A stretch of DNA of 64,000 nt. Source: Camelus ferus. Taxonomy: Eukaryota. Position numbers and translations under genes: made by a program. Shown piece by piece: positions 1-12,212 of the stretch. Positions within the stretch are counted from its first letter, which is position 1, and each line of letters opens with the position of its first letter. The stretch spans positions 79,610,001 through 79,674,000 of the forward strand of contig NC_045697.1 in NCBI RefSeq assembly GCF_009834535.1, given 5' to 3'. Below the pieces are notes generated by a model, which was not told where the DNA came from, searched no databases, and was given only the letters and a program-made list of their open reading frames with translations.

Positions 1-589
1 AAGGATGTGGCTCTGATGTGTGGAAACGGGAAGCTTCCTAATATTCTCCTTCTCTCGGTGGAGACCCTGCAGTAGATAAGTTGCACTGTAAGAAGGGATA
101 CTTTCTGCAGTATTTTGTGAAAATTGAAAACAAGTGTCTGGACTGAGGGCTACCTTCCAGGTGGGCTCGGCCCGGCCTCACGCGGTTATGACTCCTGCCG
201 GGTTGCATCGCCTCCTGCAATCACCTCCTGCAATCACCTCAGTGACAGCTCCTCGGGTCCAGAGCCCCGTGTCCATCTGCATTCTCTCAGCACCCACCAG
301 CCTGCTCAGGCCAAAGTGTTACTGACATTTCCATTCTGTCGTCTTTGTGCATTTTAAGCACCTGCTGGGACCGCTTTCAGCTATGTTAAGTTGTCTGCCC
401 GGGCAGTCCAAGCAGTACCAGGTGTAGTTTTTGGTAGTGCCCTGAGGACAGGATGCGTAGGTTCTGAGAGGTCCCCCTAGGCCTCTTTTTCCCCCGCCCA
501 TAGACCATATTTTAAAACACAGTTGTGTAGAATACAGGATTTTTTTTCCCAGAAGGTATACATCAAGCTATAGCAGAAGTACCTTTAAT

Positions 590-815
590 TATAATAACTA
601 ATAGCTCTCTAGGACTTACTGTGTGCCAAGCATTGCCCTTCTCGAGTTACACACCACCACAACCCTATGAAGTAAGTAAGTACGACTCTATGCAAGGAAA
701 CTAGAGGCACAGGAAGGTTAAGTGACTCATCCAAGATCCCACATCTGGACAGTGGCAGAACCAGGGTTCAGACTCAGGCAGTCTGGCCCCAGAGTCCCTG
801 TGCTTAACCGCTATG
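590..815 (-). mobile_element. MIR SINE (ancient)
   Basis: Reverse-complement MIR core: aggaaactagaggcacaggaaggttaagtgactcatccaag...ccagggttcagactcaggcagtctggccccagagtcc. Confidence 0.85.
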
Positions 816-1234
816 GCACCCATCTCGTCAATAAAACAGCAAATGGCAAACAACCGTAGGTGCCGAGATCACCTCTATTCTCCTCCCAGTACTCTGCTTT
901 CTCCAGTCCTCTTCCCATTTTTTAGTGCCCTCAGTGATTGTGTTTCATCTTTCTGAATACATGGGAATGGGAATTGCTTGTGAGCTGCTGCCACCAGGCT
1001 GGGCTTTCCCAGTCCTGTCAGGTATAGGTATGTCACTCCAGCCCCATGGGCCACCTGAAATGACTCTCATCCTTCGTGCCTGTCCCAGTGGGGCTCTCCT
1101 CTCACTTCCTAACTCTGTCACCAGTAGTGGCTCTTCTGGGTGACTATAGTCTACCTGTAGGCTCTCCACCTTTAAGGGAAAAGCAAAACTTCCTGATTAT
1201 TCTATTTGTTAAGAGATAAGAAATTGATGCTGGT

Positions 1235-1235
<1 letters not shown>

Positions 1236-1285
<50 letters not shown>
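1236..1285. repeat. (GT)n microsatellite, about 25 units
   Basis: Uninterrupted gt run read directly. Confidence 0.98.
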
Positions 1286-1286
<1 letters not shown>

Positions 1287-1631
1287 TGGTGAATGCCATA
1301 CCTTAGTCCTATCCTTTATAAGCTTCACTGATAATGTAACACACCCTTTCCTCCCAACTCCTCCACCTTTTCTTTCCCCAAGAAGATGAAGTCCTTACCA
1401 TAAGGTTCAACAATTTTTGATGTGTGATTCACAATGTGAGATTTAAAGAAGTGTTCTGTGGCAATTGCATTTGAAAAAACCTTGGATCAGAGAAAATTAT
1501 ACAGGCTCCTTTCCTTCAGAACTTTTCAGACCCATGTGAGTTAGAATCTTTTATATACTAATGAACACATGAATCTTTAAGCAGGGAGGATTGAGCATGC
1601 ATTCTTTTCCAAGTTTACTTGATCAAGAACC

Positions 1632-1638
1632 ATATATA

Positions 1639-1701
<63 letters not shown>
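1632..1701. repeat. Compound (TA)n/(TG)n microsatellite plus poly-T
   Basis: atatatatgtgtgtgtatatata...tttttttt read directly; explains ORFs 1577-1789 and 1619-1804. Confidence 0.97.
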
Positions 1702-2395
1702 GAGAACGTGGCCTCGGGAAACAGGTGTGGATAATGAAGCACGCAACCAAGGAGATGCCTGTAAAAGTGGCCTGAAAATGTCTTATCATCTAACCGTATT
1801 TTAATATCTGCATCTACTTTGACCTATGTTGTTAATTTTTGGACCTGGGAGTATTTAGAGGTCTTTTAGAAAATATCTCCAGTGGGGCTGCTTGATATGA
1901 TGGGACAGTGGTGTATAGAGTGCCCGGCCCTTTGGAAATGGACTGCCCTGATGTCATCTTGACAGCCTTTGGGGAGATGTGAGAAGAGTCTCCTGTTCTG
2001 GGACTTAAATAGAGCAGTGTGAGTGAAACTTAGATGTGGGACCTGGCCAAGAGGTGAGTTAATGCAGGATCACTGGGCCTCTATTCAGCTTGCTCATTTC
2101 GATTTATACTCCAAACAGAAATAGATCATTAACATTTTGGGGCTTCACATTTTTGGACTGTTGTTTAGATGTTTGATTTTATTTAGACTATCTCTAACAT
2201 TATGGGTCAAGTCAAAGCCTTGCATCGCTTAACCTGTTTTTGTGAAGTGCAACAGTCTCAAATATACTTCTAATAAAATAAATTTTATTCAAACAAACTG
2301 TTCCAAGTGTTTTACAGCTGTCTATAGATAAGCTATAGTTCTTGCCAGTGTGTCTGTGCTCTGGCTGCTTCTTAATAAGAATTTAAAAAATGCAT

Positions 2396-2836
2396 TGTTA
2401 AAGAAAAAAATTATTCTGACGTTTGTTAAAATGGTAAGAAAGACTATTTAGGACTATTATGAAAGATGTCAAGACTATTGTAATAGAGGTGAGAGATCAG
2501 GCTCAAATCCCAATATAGCGAAGAGAGCTGGGGATTTACAGCCAATGAGCAGAGTGAGGGGTCAGTGGATAGAAAATTACTAAGAGGAGACATCAAGGGT
2601 AGGAGGATTCTTGCTGAGCAGACTTAACAGGATTCTTGCTGAAGGCAAGCCAGGGTGACTAGACATCAAGAGTGGGAGATGGAGAGTTTGGTCAGATGTC
2701 CAAGGTGAGAGATTCTCTCCAAACTGACTTCGCAGGATTATTTCTAAATGTGTGCTATCCAGCCCCAGCAAGGATAGGGGCCAAGACTGAGGCTCAAGGG
2801 AGCCTAACTAAAGTTTGGTAAAGAGACTCTTTGTCA
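2396..2836 (-). mobile_element. ERV1 solo LTR, MER31/MER67-like
   Basis: TG...CA ends; minus strand begins tgacaaagagtctctttaccaaactttagttaggc, like MER31; internal repeated ggattcttgctga; no clean TSD. Confidence 0.75.
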
Positions 2837-3044
2837 ATTAGTACCAAAGGAAAAAAAAAAAAAAGATAAAAAATTTTAAAAGGACTGTGAACAATAGACA
2901 TGTGGATGAAATTAGTTTTCTAAGAAATGGATGAAGGTATTCCTCAGACTTATTGAGCATTCATATTTCAAAAAGTCAGGGGAACGTCAGGAGATATTGG
3001 ATCAGCAGTGCATGTAAGATAATCTACCTACTGAGTTCATCATT

Positions 3045-3750
3045 AACATATTATGTAAAATGAGGTCCTACCATATAGCACAGGAAACTATATTCAATAC
3101 TTTGTAATAGCCTATAATGAAAAAGAATAAAAGGGAAAGAAGATGTGGTATACACACACATGATGGAATATTACTCAGCCATAAAAATGAAACAATGCCA
3201 TTTGCAACAATGGAGGGACTTAGAGATTATCATAGTAAGTGAAATAAGTCAGATAGAGAAAGAAAAATATTGTATGATGTCATTTATATGTGAACTCTGA
3301 AAAAGTGATAAAAATCTTATTTACAAACCAAAAATAGACTCATGGACATAGAAAACAGACTGTGGTTACCAAAGGGGAAGAGGTTGGGGAGGGATAAATT
3401 GGGAATTTGAGAATAACAGATACATATTACCATATATAAAATAGATAAACAGCAAGGACCTACTGTGTAGCATAGGGAACTATATTCAATTTCTTGTAAT
3501 AACATATAATGGAAAAGAATCTGAAATATATGTGTATATACATATATGTATGTAGCTGTATAACTGAATCACTTTGCTGTGCACCTGAAACTAATATTGT
3601 AAATCAACTGCACTTCAATAAAAAACAAAATTATGAAAAAAGAATATGAAAAGGAATATATATATATACACATATATATATAAATATACACATATATATA
3701 AATATATAACTGAACCAGTATGCTATACACCAGAAACTAATACCACAATG
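3045..3750 (+). mobile_element. Short L1 3'-UTR fragment (outer element), interrupted by a second L1
   Basis: cctaccatatagcacaggaaactatattcaatac...tataatgaaaaagaata resumes at about 3647 with tgaaaaggaatata...taactgaaccagtatgctatacaccagaaac. Confidence 0.75.
3130..3632 (+). mobile_element. 5'-truncated cetartiodactyl-type L1 (ORF2 end plus 3' UTR), nested
   Basis: aagatgtggtata...atggaatattactcagccataaaaa, then 3' UTR and aataaa at 3617; near-TSD atgaaaaagaata (3117-3129) / atgaaaaaagaata (3633-3646). Confidence 0.85.
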
Positions 3751-4142
3751 TTTTTTTTTTTTTAATTGAAAAAGCCATATTATGTAAACTGTATTCTCTG
3801 CTACAATGGCCATAGCATAAAAGGCAGAGATGCTCATGGTTTGGCTTAGGCAGCTTGAAAAACCATAAGGAAATACTCATCTAGTATTCTGTCATCATGT
3901 TTAAATCCACAAGAACATATTTGTCCAGAATTTGGCACCATGGATATTCCGAGCCTTTTACACTTTGTACAAGGCCCTAATTGGGTTTTTGAAAAAGAAG
4001 TAACATGTTACTATGCTGCAGTGATTTACTTAGTCACCTCTTACTGATTAGAAACAGAATAACAGCATGCTACCACTCCAAGTTGGTTGAGTTTAGAGTG
4101 TCATTAAATATGCAAGTTGCGGAATATGGATAGTAAGGGATT

Positions 4143-4288
4143 CAGTGCTCCTCAGACTTTAAAGTGCATGCAGATCACCTGGGATGTTGTGAAGATGCAG
4201 GTTCTGACTCCATAGCCCTGGGATGGGGCCTCAGATTTTGCATTTCTATCAAGCTCCCATGTGATGCTGATTCTGCTGGTCCTTGGAT
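4143..4288. mobile_element. MER5A-like hAT-Charlie MITE
   Basis: gcagatcacctggg...ggatggggcctcagattttgcatttctatcaagctcccatgtgatgctgattctgctggtcc. Confidence 0.85.
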
Positions 4289-4405
4289 GTGCAGCAAAGA
4301 TGTAACTCAAAAGAAATAGCACTAAGTGCTCTTTTGAGCTCTTTATTTACTTGTCTCCCCCAAAATTAAGATGAGTAGTTCTTAGTTTCAAATCATATAT
4401 ACATT

Positions 4406-5009
4406 TGTAGGGGAAGAGAAAAAGAAATTTTTCTCTACCCTCTACCTTCTGTTATTGGGATTGGCAAATTAGGCTGAAATTGACAAAAGACAGATTAACA
4501 GGAGCAAAGGCATACAAATTTTATTTGATGTCAATATTTTAATTTTTGTGTGCACAGAGTCCTTCATAGAAAGGAAAAGAAGATCTAAAGAAGCAGTTAG
4601 GCTTGAGAGTTTATATACCATTTTAACAAAGGGTGTGAATTGTGGAGAAGTGATTAGACAAAGGAAAACAGGTTTGGGCTTCTAGGAACAGTAGACTGTG
4701 GGAAGGTAAATATATGGGAGGAAGCAATGGAAGATAAAGGTTATTTTAGTAACGTTTGCTTGTGCAGACTCACCTTGGTGTTGTCTTCCTGTCTCCAGTG
4801 ATAATGGTTGTTTTCCTTTTTATGGTATGGGAGAGGGAAGAGAGAACACCTTCACAAAGGGAAATTTCTGTTTTGCTTTTAGGCGGGTAGGGTGAAGGCA
4901 GAGATATCTTTCTACATTCTACATTCACTGCATTTTAATTGCCTTCGGCTCGAAACAATTCTGATGCCAGAGTGGCATATTTTGGGGTGGCATATTTTGA
5001 TCCCCTTCA
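4406..5009 (-). mobile_element. ERV1 solo LTR, MER34-like
   Basis: TG...CA ends; perfect 4-bp TSD CATT (4402-4405 / 5010-5013); minus strand begins tgaaggggatcaaaatatgccaccccaaaatatgccactctggcat, the MER34 signature. Confidence 0.88.
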
Positions 5010-5204
5010 CATTCTTGTCACATAGTGAAGAAAATCAGAATTATAATTTATTTATTACCTCCAGGAAGTGACTATTTCATGGATATGTTGTGCATTATTT
5101 ATAGATAGCACTGCTTCCTTCGTTCTAGTAGTTCTTATTAAGAGGAAGCATTTTTGTGGATATAAGCAATATTATTATTCACAAAAATAAGGTCAATCAC
5201 AAAA

Positions 5205-5420
5205 GTAATAAAAGTGTCACATACTGAGCACAGACTATATGTGAGGCATTCTTCCAGATGCTCTTTATATATTATCTTTATAAGTCCTTACAACAACATT
5301 GCAAGATATATTGTTAGATATGTTTTGATTGATGGATGAGGAAATCGTAGTTCAAAGAACTTAAGGTACCTGCAATCAAAAAAGGAAAATTTGAAGTCAG
5401 ACTTGCTTGACTCCAAAGTT
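5205..5420 (-). mobile_element. MIR SINE (diverged)
   Basis: actgagcacagactatatgtgaggcatt...gatgaggaaatc...atttgaagtcagacttgcttgactccaaag. Confidence 0.7.
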
Positions 5421-8009
5421 GTTTTAATCTATAAGAGCAAATTTGGAGGCAGTAATAGGAATGATGCTCTTTTATTTTCCCAGGGGGATTTTATTCTATT
5501 CTTCACATTCCATCTTAGTTCTTGTATTGACTGAAACAGAAGGAAATTAGAAAGGAAGACCAGCTTGGCTAAATGATTCCATTCAGGGCTGTGGCTGTTG
5601 GTAACATCATTGAGGACATAGATGATTTACAGAATATTTATACTCTTATTGTCTCTCTTGAAAGTTTCTCTTTTCTTGACCTGGAGTCTTGATTCTTGAT
5701 TACGTACTACAAATGCTAATCAGTCACTTCTGAAGTATATTAACACACATACACAAGTATTTTCTTCACAGAAGTGGGTTCTGGTTAAAAAAAAACAAAA
5801 AACAAACAGCAGCAAAAGGCTTAATATATAAGCTGACAAGGTCTAAAAACAAAACCCAAAGCAAAGGACCTGAAGGATCCTATTTACTGTAAGGGATGTG
5901 CATTTCACAGCTCACCAGACCTTCAGAGGCCCAGCCTCCAGCCATCCTGGACTCCCACCCTGATCATCTTAGCAGCAGTCAGTGGGATTAACAGAGTATG
6001 TCACCCATATATACCATTCTTGTCTTTACTGTTTTATCATTTTGCTAAGAAGCTTGGAGATTCTAGAAGTAAATGTAACTTCACAACTTTTACAGTACCT
6101 TGTTCTATACGGGGACCTAAGTGTAGGAAATTCCCCATTTAATTTCCCCCCATTCAGGAAAAACAAACACAAGCAGACATGGGCAGTGGTGGGGTGGGTC
6201 CAGTGGCACATCTCTTGGGGCCGTGGCCAGCCATGGTTCTCAGATTCTTTTTGTGCACAGAGTAGCTGCTCTGAGTAGAGGAAATGAGCGAGGGTTGTTT
6301 TCTATTCCATCTGCACCCTCATTACCATGTGATATGATATAATAAAAATGGGTGTCGGACCAAACTGTGTCCCATGGACATACATTTCATAGCGAGCAAA
6401 CACAAAAGCAGTCGTACAACCTGGAATGCAGCTTCTAGTCTGCAGTCTCCTTCATGCACTCCTGCGATCACCAACATAAGGGAGATCCATCTCAGGCAAA
6501 TGTTATGATGGTCTGGCAGCAGGGTTCCTAACCGTGTAGTTGGATCAGGTGACAGAATCCTCTGATATGTGACAGACACAGGAAGAAATGAAGTTCTAGT
6601 CATAAGAACTGCCTCAAAGTTGTTATGCTGCTGGGCAGACAGGTGCTAGACCCTGCAGGGCAGAGCTGTCTGTCTAATATTTCCAGCCAGTCCCCGTTGC
6701 ATGAGCACCACTCAGTTCACTAGTCATAGATTATATCTCAGGCCCTTGTGTTAATTCATGACCCGTCTTGCATAGATTCAGAGGGAGATGCTTGAAGTTT
6801 TTTCCTTGGGAATTTGGACTCCTGGTCAGGGTTTGTCCAAAGCGAAAAGCCACCCCTCATGAAACGTGGTTTAGCTGCCCTCAGAGTGTAGATTAAAATC
6901 AGTGTCCAACCACGTTGTCCCACTGACGACTCTGAAGTCTTTGAAGTAAATGACAGATAAATGTGTTTGGGCCATGGGCTAAATAGTCACTTGGCTAAAT
7001 AGTTCCTGGGCAAAGCTAAAGAGCGAACTTAGGGGTTCTCTTAGCTATGCTCTCTCAAAGGGTTATGGTTTTAGATAAGTTCATTCTGATCATTTGTTTC
7101 AATGTTCACATTAAAGTCTCATGCCTTTTCCACTCCTGGTACTCTTTATTTTGTGTGTTCTGGATTTGGGAAAGGATGAGGGGAGGTGGACCCAGATAGA
7201 TGTCAGGCTTTCTCAGTGATTTAGCCTCAGCAGGCACCTCCCCTGGGTCCAGGCGGGCTCCAGCCCTCGGGGGAGCTGTCTTGCCCTAAGCTTGTGCTCT
7301 TCTGTTGTCTCTTATTTGCTGTCAGCTTCTATGGCAGGAAGCCAGAGGTTTTTGTTCTGCTGATTGAAGTCTCTTTCATGAAGTCTCTGCTGAGAAGCAA
7401 TCAGCATGGGGGCAGCTGCATTGCTACTCATCTGTGACCACCCTGCCCAGCCTCAGCCCCTTCGTGGGGCTCCCTCTCACCTGGCCAGCTTCAGCTTAGA
7501 TCATTCAAAGGGCTAGTACTCTCCTGAACAGATGACCTTTATTGCTTGGAAAAAAACCCAAAAAACAATGAAAAGATGAAATTTTAGTTGCTTACTTAAT
7601 TTGTCCTGGTTTCCATGATGTTGGTTTGATCCCTAGCAGACTGGACTGCACTGGCTGGTTGCTGCTCTGCTGGTCATGGAGCGACCATTCTGCAGAATAC
7701 AGAGTACCATTCTCTACATCGGTTGGGTGGCACCTACCAGCAAATCTGATCCATTCTGTTGGGGAAAATAGCTCTAGTGAAAGGAAGGTTTATGTCAGTG
7801 TTTCATTATTACAGCATCCTATCACTCAGAGAATAAAACGTTTATTTGATTAAGTGCCATTCACTGTACTGCTTTTCCCAGTCTCTCCTCCACACAGTCC
7901 CTTGGAGTCAGATTTACCATTTAATTGTGACCCAAGATTTTAACAGAGGTTTTTTTTTCTTCCTTTAAAAAAAAAAGTCTTTATTTGAACACTAAGAAAT
8001 AATTGAGAA

Positions 8010-8140
8010 GATCTGGGTTCCGGACCCACCCTGCTACTAACTGGAAAAGACACTTGAACCCTCTGGGCCTTTGATTAGAAAAATGAAGCAGTTAGAAAAA
8101 TGATTACTGATATCTATCTTTAGGTCTAAAATTCTATCAC
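8010..8140 (+). mobile_element. MIR3/MIRc-like fragment
   Basis: atctgggttcc...ctgctactaactg...aaccctctgggcct...aaaatgaagcagttag...tctaaaattctat. Confidence 0.6.
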
Positions 8141-8974
8141 CAGAGAGTTACAACATAAGGCAATACTCTCTAAATTAGGAGCTTGCTTCATTATGTGGGT
8201 TTAATAAGTACTGGTAGAGTATTTAAAAAGTTAACCTCTTAAAGTGGAAAGATTTTACAATGGCTAATTTTTGGATGTAAGTTTTGCTTTCCAAGCTTGG
8301 GTGACTGGGGCTATTGTGATTTGGGGCCCTTAGCCATAGGGGCTGCCAAAGGGTACAAAAGAATTGCTTCACTGTGAATTCTGCTGGACTTTTCTAAGGG
8401 TAAACAAACTTCCTTTGACATGCACAAGTTTCCAAAGCGGTGCTCTCCTTAGGGAAGGTAGTTGCAGCTAAAAGGAGCCAAGCCTTTTTATTCAGTGGGT
8501 GAACATGAAAGCCACACATAAATCTTAGAAGAACTGTGCTTTGCTGGGAGGCAGAGAATTCTCCCTACACTCTGATGTGGGATATGCAGGAGGAACCCAG
8601 GAGGTCCCTGGGAGGGTGCAAACCAATTAAGTAAAAGTCTTGAGCTGAAATAGCTTTTTATCATCTGGGTGAGAAGCCACAGTTTTAAAGAAAAGGACTA
8701 TTGTTTGACAAAGACCTAATTAGCTGGGCTACACTCAAGCTCTTGGATTTATGTCTTCTTAGGGAAAGGAAAGGTTGAAATTGCATATGGACTACTAATT
8801 AGGTTGGGATTCCTTGAAATTTGGAACTTCTAAATCCATTTCTGAGGAATTAGGATTCTCCTAAAGGCTGATCATATTTGACTAAGGAGGATTTAGATTG
8901 AGACCCAAACTATATATGTGGTTACTCTGATTTACTGAGGATTGTTTTAAATATTCTCTTTACCGCAGGCTCGG

Positions 8975-9170
8975 TAGTGCATATATTTTAGCCTATTAAA
9001 GAGCGTGGACTCTGGAGTAAACAATATGTGACTTTCAAATTCGGCTGTACAAAATCTCAGCTTTATAAATAGCTACTAAATAGCTATTTGCTCTGAAGGG
9101 AGTTACTTGAATTACTTGAGCTTATGTATAAAATGGGGTACATAAAGGGTTATTGAAAGGATTAATACAA
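8975..9170 (+). mobile_element. MIR SINE (diverged)
   Basis: ttaaagagcgtggactctggagt...tataaaatgggg...gggttattgaaaggattaa. Confidence 0.65.
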
Positions 9171-9528
9171 TTTGACGGTATGGTTCGGGTCCCAGGGCAC
9201 CTGATGGGGCTTCTAACCCTTACCTGGTACGATGTTTTAACACGTAGCTCTTTCAGGGTGGCAACATTTTATCATAAACACACATTGAGGTAACTCTTTG
9301 TTGAAAACAAGCAAATAGATGGTGAGGGGAAAAGAGGGGATAAGAGGGGAGGGACTCAGAGCTATGTAGAGAATATAACAAAGAAAATTTTTTCTTGTTC
9401 TATAAGAACATCAAGAACTTGGCCCTGAGTTCAAATCTAGATTCAAATCTAGTGTGTCACTCACTAAGTGACTGAAGCAAATTATTTAGCATCTCTGCTT
9501 CAATTTCCTCCTCTAAAATGCTGAAGAT

Positions 9529-9678
9529 GGGGGGCAGGGTATAGCTCAAGTGGTAGAGTGCATGCTTAGCATGCATGAGGTCCTGGGTTCAATCCTCAGT
9601 ACCTCCATTAAACAAACAAACCAACAAACCTAATTACTAACCTGTCACCCTTCAAAAAAGAAATGAAAAAAATTAAAT
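9529..9678 (+). mobile_element. vic-1-like camelid SINE (tRNA-Ala(AGC)-derived)
   Basis: gggtatagctcaagtggtagagtgcatgcttagcatgcatgaggtcctgggttcaatcctcagtacctcca; A and B boxes; cctaattac motif; A-rich tail; degenerate TSD aaatgctgaagat / aaatggtgacaat. Confidence 0.9.
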
Positions 9679-9706
9679 TAAATGGTGACAATAATAGTGG
9701 TCTTAG

Positions 9707-10432
9707 TGTTGTCCAACCTATGTTTGTGAGCATGATGCACTGTGAGGCCAAACAAACTGAAATGTTGGAGTTTGGAGCAGAGAAATGTCTATTTCAGGGC
9801 TGAGCAAGGAGAATGGGTGGCTCTTGCTCAAAAGATCCAAAGTCTCTTCGCTTTCAGGCCAGGATTTTTAAAGACAGTGTGAGGGGAGAGGGTTGTAGGA
9901 TGCCTGATCAGCTAGTGGACCTTCTTCTGATTGGTAGGTGGTAAGATAACAGGGTGATGCTTCTGGAATCTCCACCTTCTGGTTCCAAGCAGTATGGGGT
10001 CTATGTGCTTGTGGTCAGCATGTGGCCACCATCCTCCACCTGGGTGGGGGGTCTTAGTTTCTGTAAAACAACTCAGAGATATATTCGTCAGATTGTTATC
10101 TATATCCATTCAGGAGGAACTAGGAGGCCTGCGACTCTACTGTCCTAATCAATCGTTAACTGTTGAGCCTGCTCCTTGGAACTCAGGGGAGGCCTTGGAG
10201 ACTAAATCCTTTTATTCCCCTACAAACAAGAACTGGCGGGGGGAGCACAGAGGGGCTTTTGTACCCAGGAAGGCCTTATACTATCCTGCTCAGTTTCAGT
10301 CCCCCTTTTTCTTAGATACTCCTCAAGCTTGAGGGGGAACAGATGCAGGACAAGAAGAGGAATGAAGTTTTGGATAGAGAGGTTCATCATAAACTCGACA
10401 GGGGAACTCAGTTTTAGGGGGACTCAATTTCA
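9707..10432 (-). mobile_element. ERV1-class solo LTR (cetartiodactyl, MER41/LTR39-like)
   Basis: TG...CA ends; near-TSD ttag/ctag; gaggccaaacaaactgaaatgttggagtttggagcagagaaa motif; CCAAT on the minus strand (tgattggt near 9930). Confidence 0.8.
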
Positions 10433-12212
10433 CTAGAGTAGTTGTGAAGATGAAAGGAAATAAAAGTTATAAAGAAAACATCTGGCATGTGCTCAGCACC
10501 CAGTAAAAGTTAAGGATCATCATTACCTCCACCACCAACATTAAACTGCTGAGCTCTCAAAATCAAAAATAGGGACAAACAGCTTTCATACAGTGGTATT
10601 TGACAGATTTAAGGAATGATGCCTCCTCTTAAAGTAAATTCATTTCATTATATTTTAGCACCCAATAATTACTTTTTTGATTTCATAAAGAGAGAGATGT
10701 TTTGTCCAAAGAGGACAGTTCTAAGCTACATTTTTAAACATGCTAATCTTTCATGTGAAAGCTGGGCTTCATTATTTCTGGAGTGTTCCTGGCCAAGGCA
10801 GATCAGAGCTTTAATTTTTGGAATGCTAACAAGGACAGCTGTATTCCAGAGTCCCAGTTGTTTTTATGGGATTTTGTTTTAAAAAGCACAGAAATAAAAC
10901 TAATGGAGAAGATGTTTATAGACACTAGTTTGAGAAGGGTTATTTCTCTTCAAATTATATGGCAATAAAATTAGTCAATCTAATACTCAAATGTGAAGTC
11001 TTATGACCTAATTGTATTTTAGACGAACTAGTTTTTTTTCTCTGCAATTATTTTATATATTTGACTTGGAAAGCATTCGTAAGGCATGAGATAAATGTTT
11101 TTCCTATGAGTAAAAAATTAAATGAAAACCATTTACTCTAGAGGATTCAGGAAATCCCAGAATTTGAATTTTCTTGTAAATACAGTTTTTATATGTAAAG
11201 TTATCATATGTGTACCTTTAGTGATGAAGATTTTGGAATCTATTAAATGCTTGCCATGTTGTAATTTATTCTAACCTATGTTTGTGTTTTTTTCTAGAAC
11301 AAAAGATTATCTTTTTTCCCCAAAATACACTGTATTTCATTTTTGAAAAAATGATTTTGAGATACTAATTTCTACGTAGTCAGTGTGATTGTAACAATGA
11401 AAATCTAAAGGGTCTTTCAGTAGAGAAAAGGCTAGGAAGAAGAGTGGCCATGTGAGGGTAGTGGAAGCATTGGTGATTTAGAGTTTTTTTATCTTTCCAA
11501 TATTCTTATTAAAATTGTTTTGATGATCATGTATTACTCCCAAATTAAAAAGTCATCATTTCTAATTTTATGTAAGGTATAATAAATTCAATAGCCTGAG
11601 ATTTCAGCATCATCTTAAAGGTTGAAAAATCTTGTTTTTTATTTTTTTATTCCTACATAACTTTTAGGAAAACTTCCAACTTTAGTGTACTTTTATATAT
11701 TTTTGATGTAGTATAACTATAATTGGTCAACTCAATTTTGTGTATTATAAGGAAAATAATCAAATATTTGTAAATAAAGGAAGGTCACATATCATATAAT
11801 AAAATACTGTTATTAAAAGAATTAATGAAAGATGAATGACAGTACAGTCGGGTATCCCCACGAGCCTTACATTTATGTGGGAATACATAGCAACCAGAAT
11901 GACTCTCTAGATGGAGAGGTCATGAGAAGAAGAGACAGGGATTAGGTAGGGTATTATGAAGAAGAGCCAAAAGTTATTTGTAGAAAGAAGAACAACAGAG
12001 TCAGAATAATAGAGAGGGACTAAAACAAGAGTTCTGGTTAAGAAATGAATGTTAACATTCATTTAGCATTCATTAAAGATATTGTTCAAAGTGGGATCAA
12101 GGTATCCTTAACCAGATACATTACTGATTCTCAGTGCCAGCTCATCATTTTGACATTATGACATTTTGGGAAGGACCAGTAACATTTTCATTAAATGGTA
12201 AGGATTTTTTAA

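Larger units (their letters stand above)
9421..10525 (+). mobile_element. MIR SINE split into three pieces (about 9421-9528, 9679-9706, 10433-10525) by a vic-1 SINE and an ERV1 LTR
   Basis: Collinear MIR segments: ctctgcttcaatttcctcctctaaaatg / aatggtgacaataatagt / tagttgtgaagatgaaag...tctggcatgtgctcagcacccagtaaa. Confidence 0.75.

Noticed and set aside
1..540. Possible CpG island or promoter at the window start
   Set aside because: Only moderately GC-rich with few CpGs; no exon or TSS can be supported. It contains a trivial 13-bp tandem repeat at 211-240.
7180..7340. Possible LTR16-like fragment (other faint repeat-like patches at about 40180-40290, 49290-49570 and 60370-60480)
   Set aside because: Similarity is too weak to assign by eye and needs RepeatMasker.
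9529..9607. Apparent tRNA-Ala gene (similar heads at 42981 and 60838)
   Set aside because: The G-rich 5' extension, shared cctaattac body, A-rich tail and TSDs identify these as SINEs.
9912..10332. Overlapping ORFs up to 112 aa
   Set aside because: They lie inside a solo LTR and show no gag, pol or env similarity.
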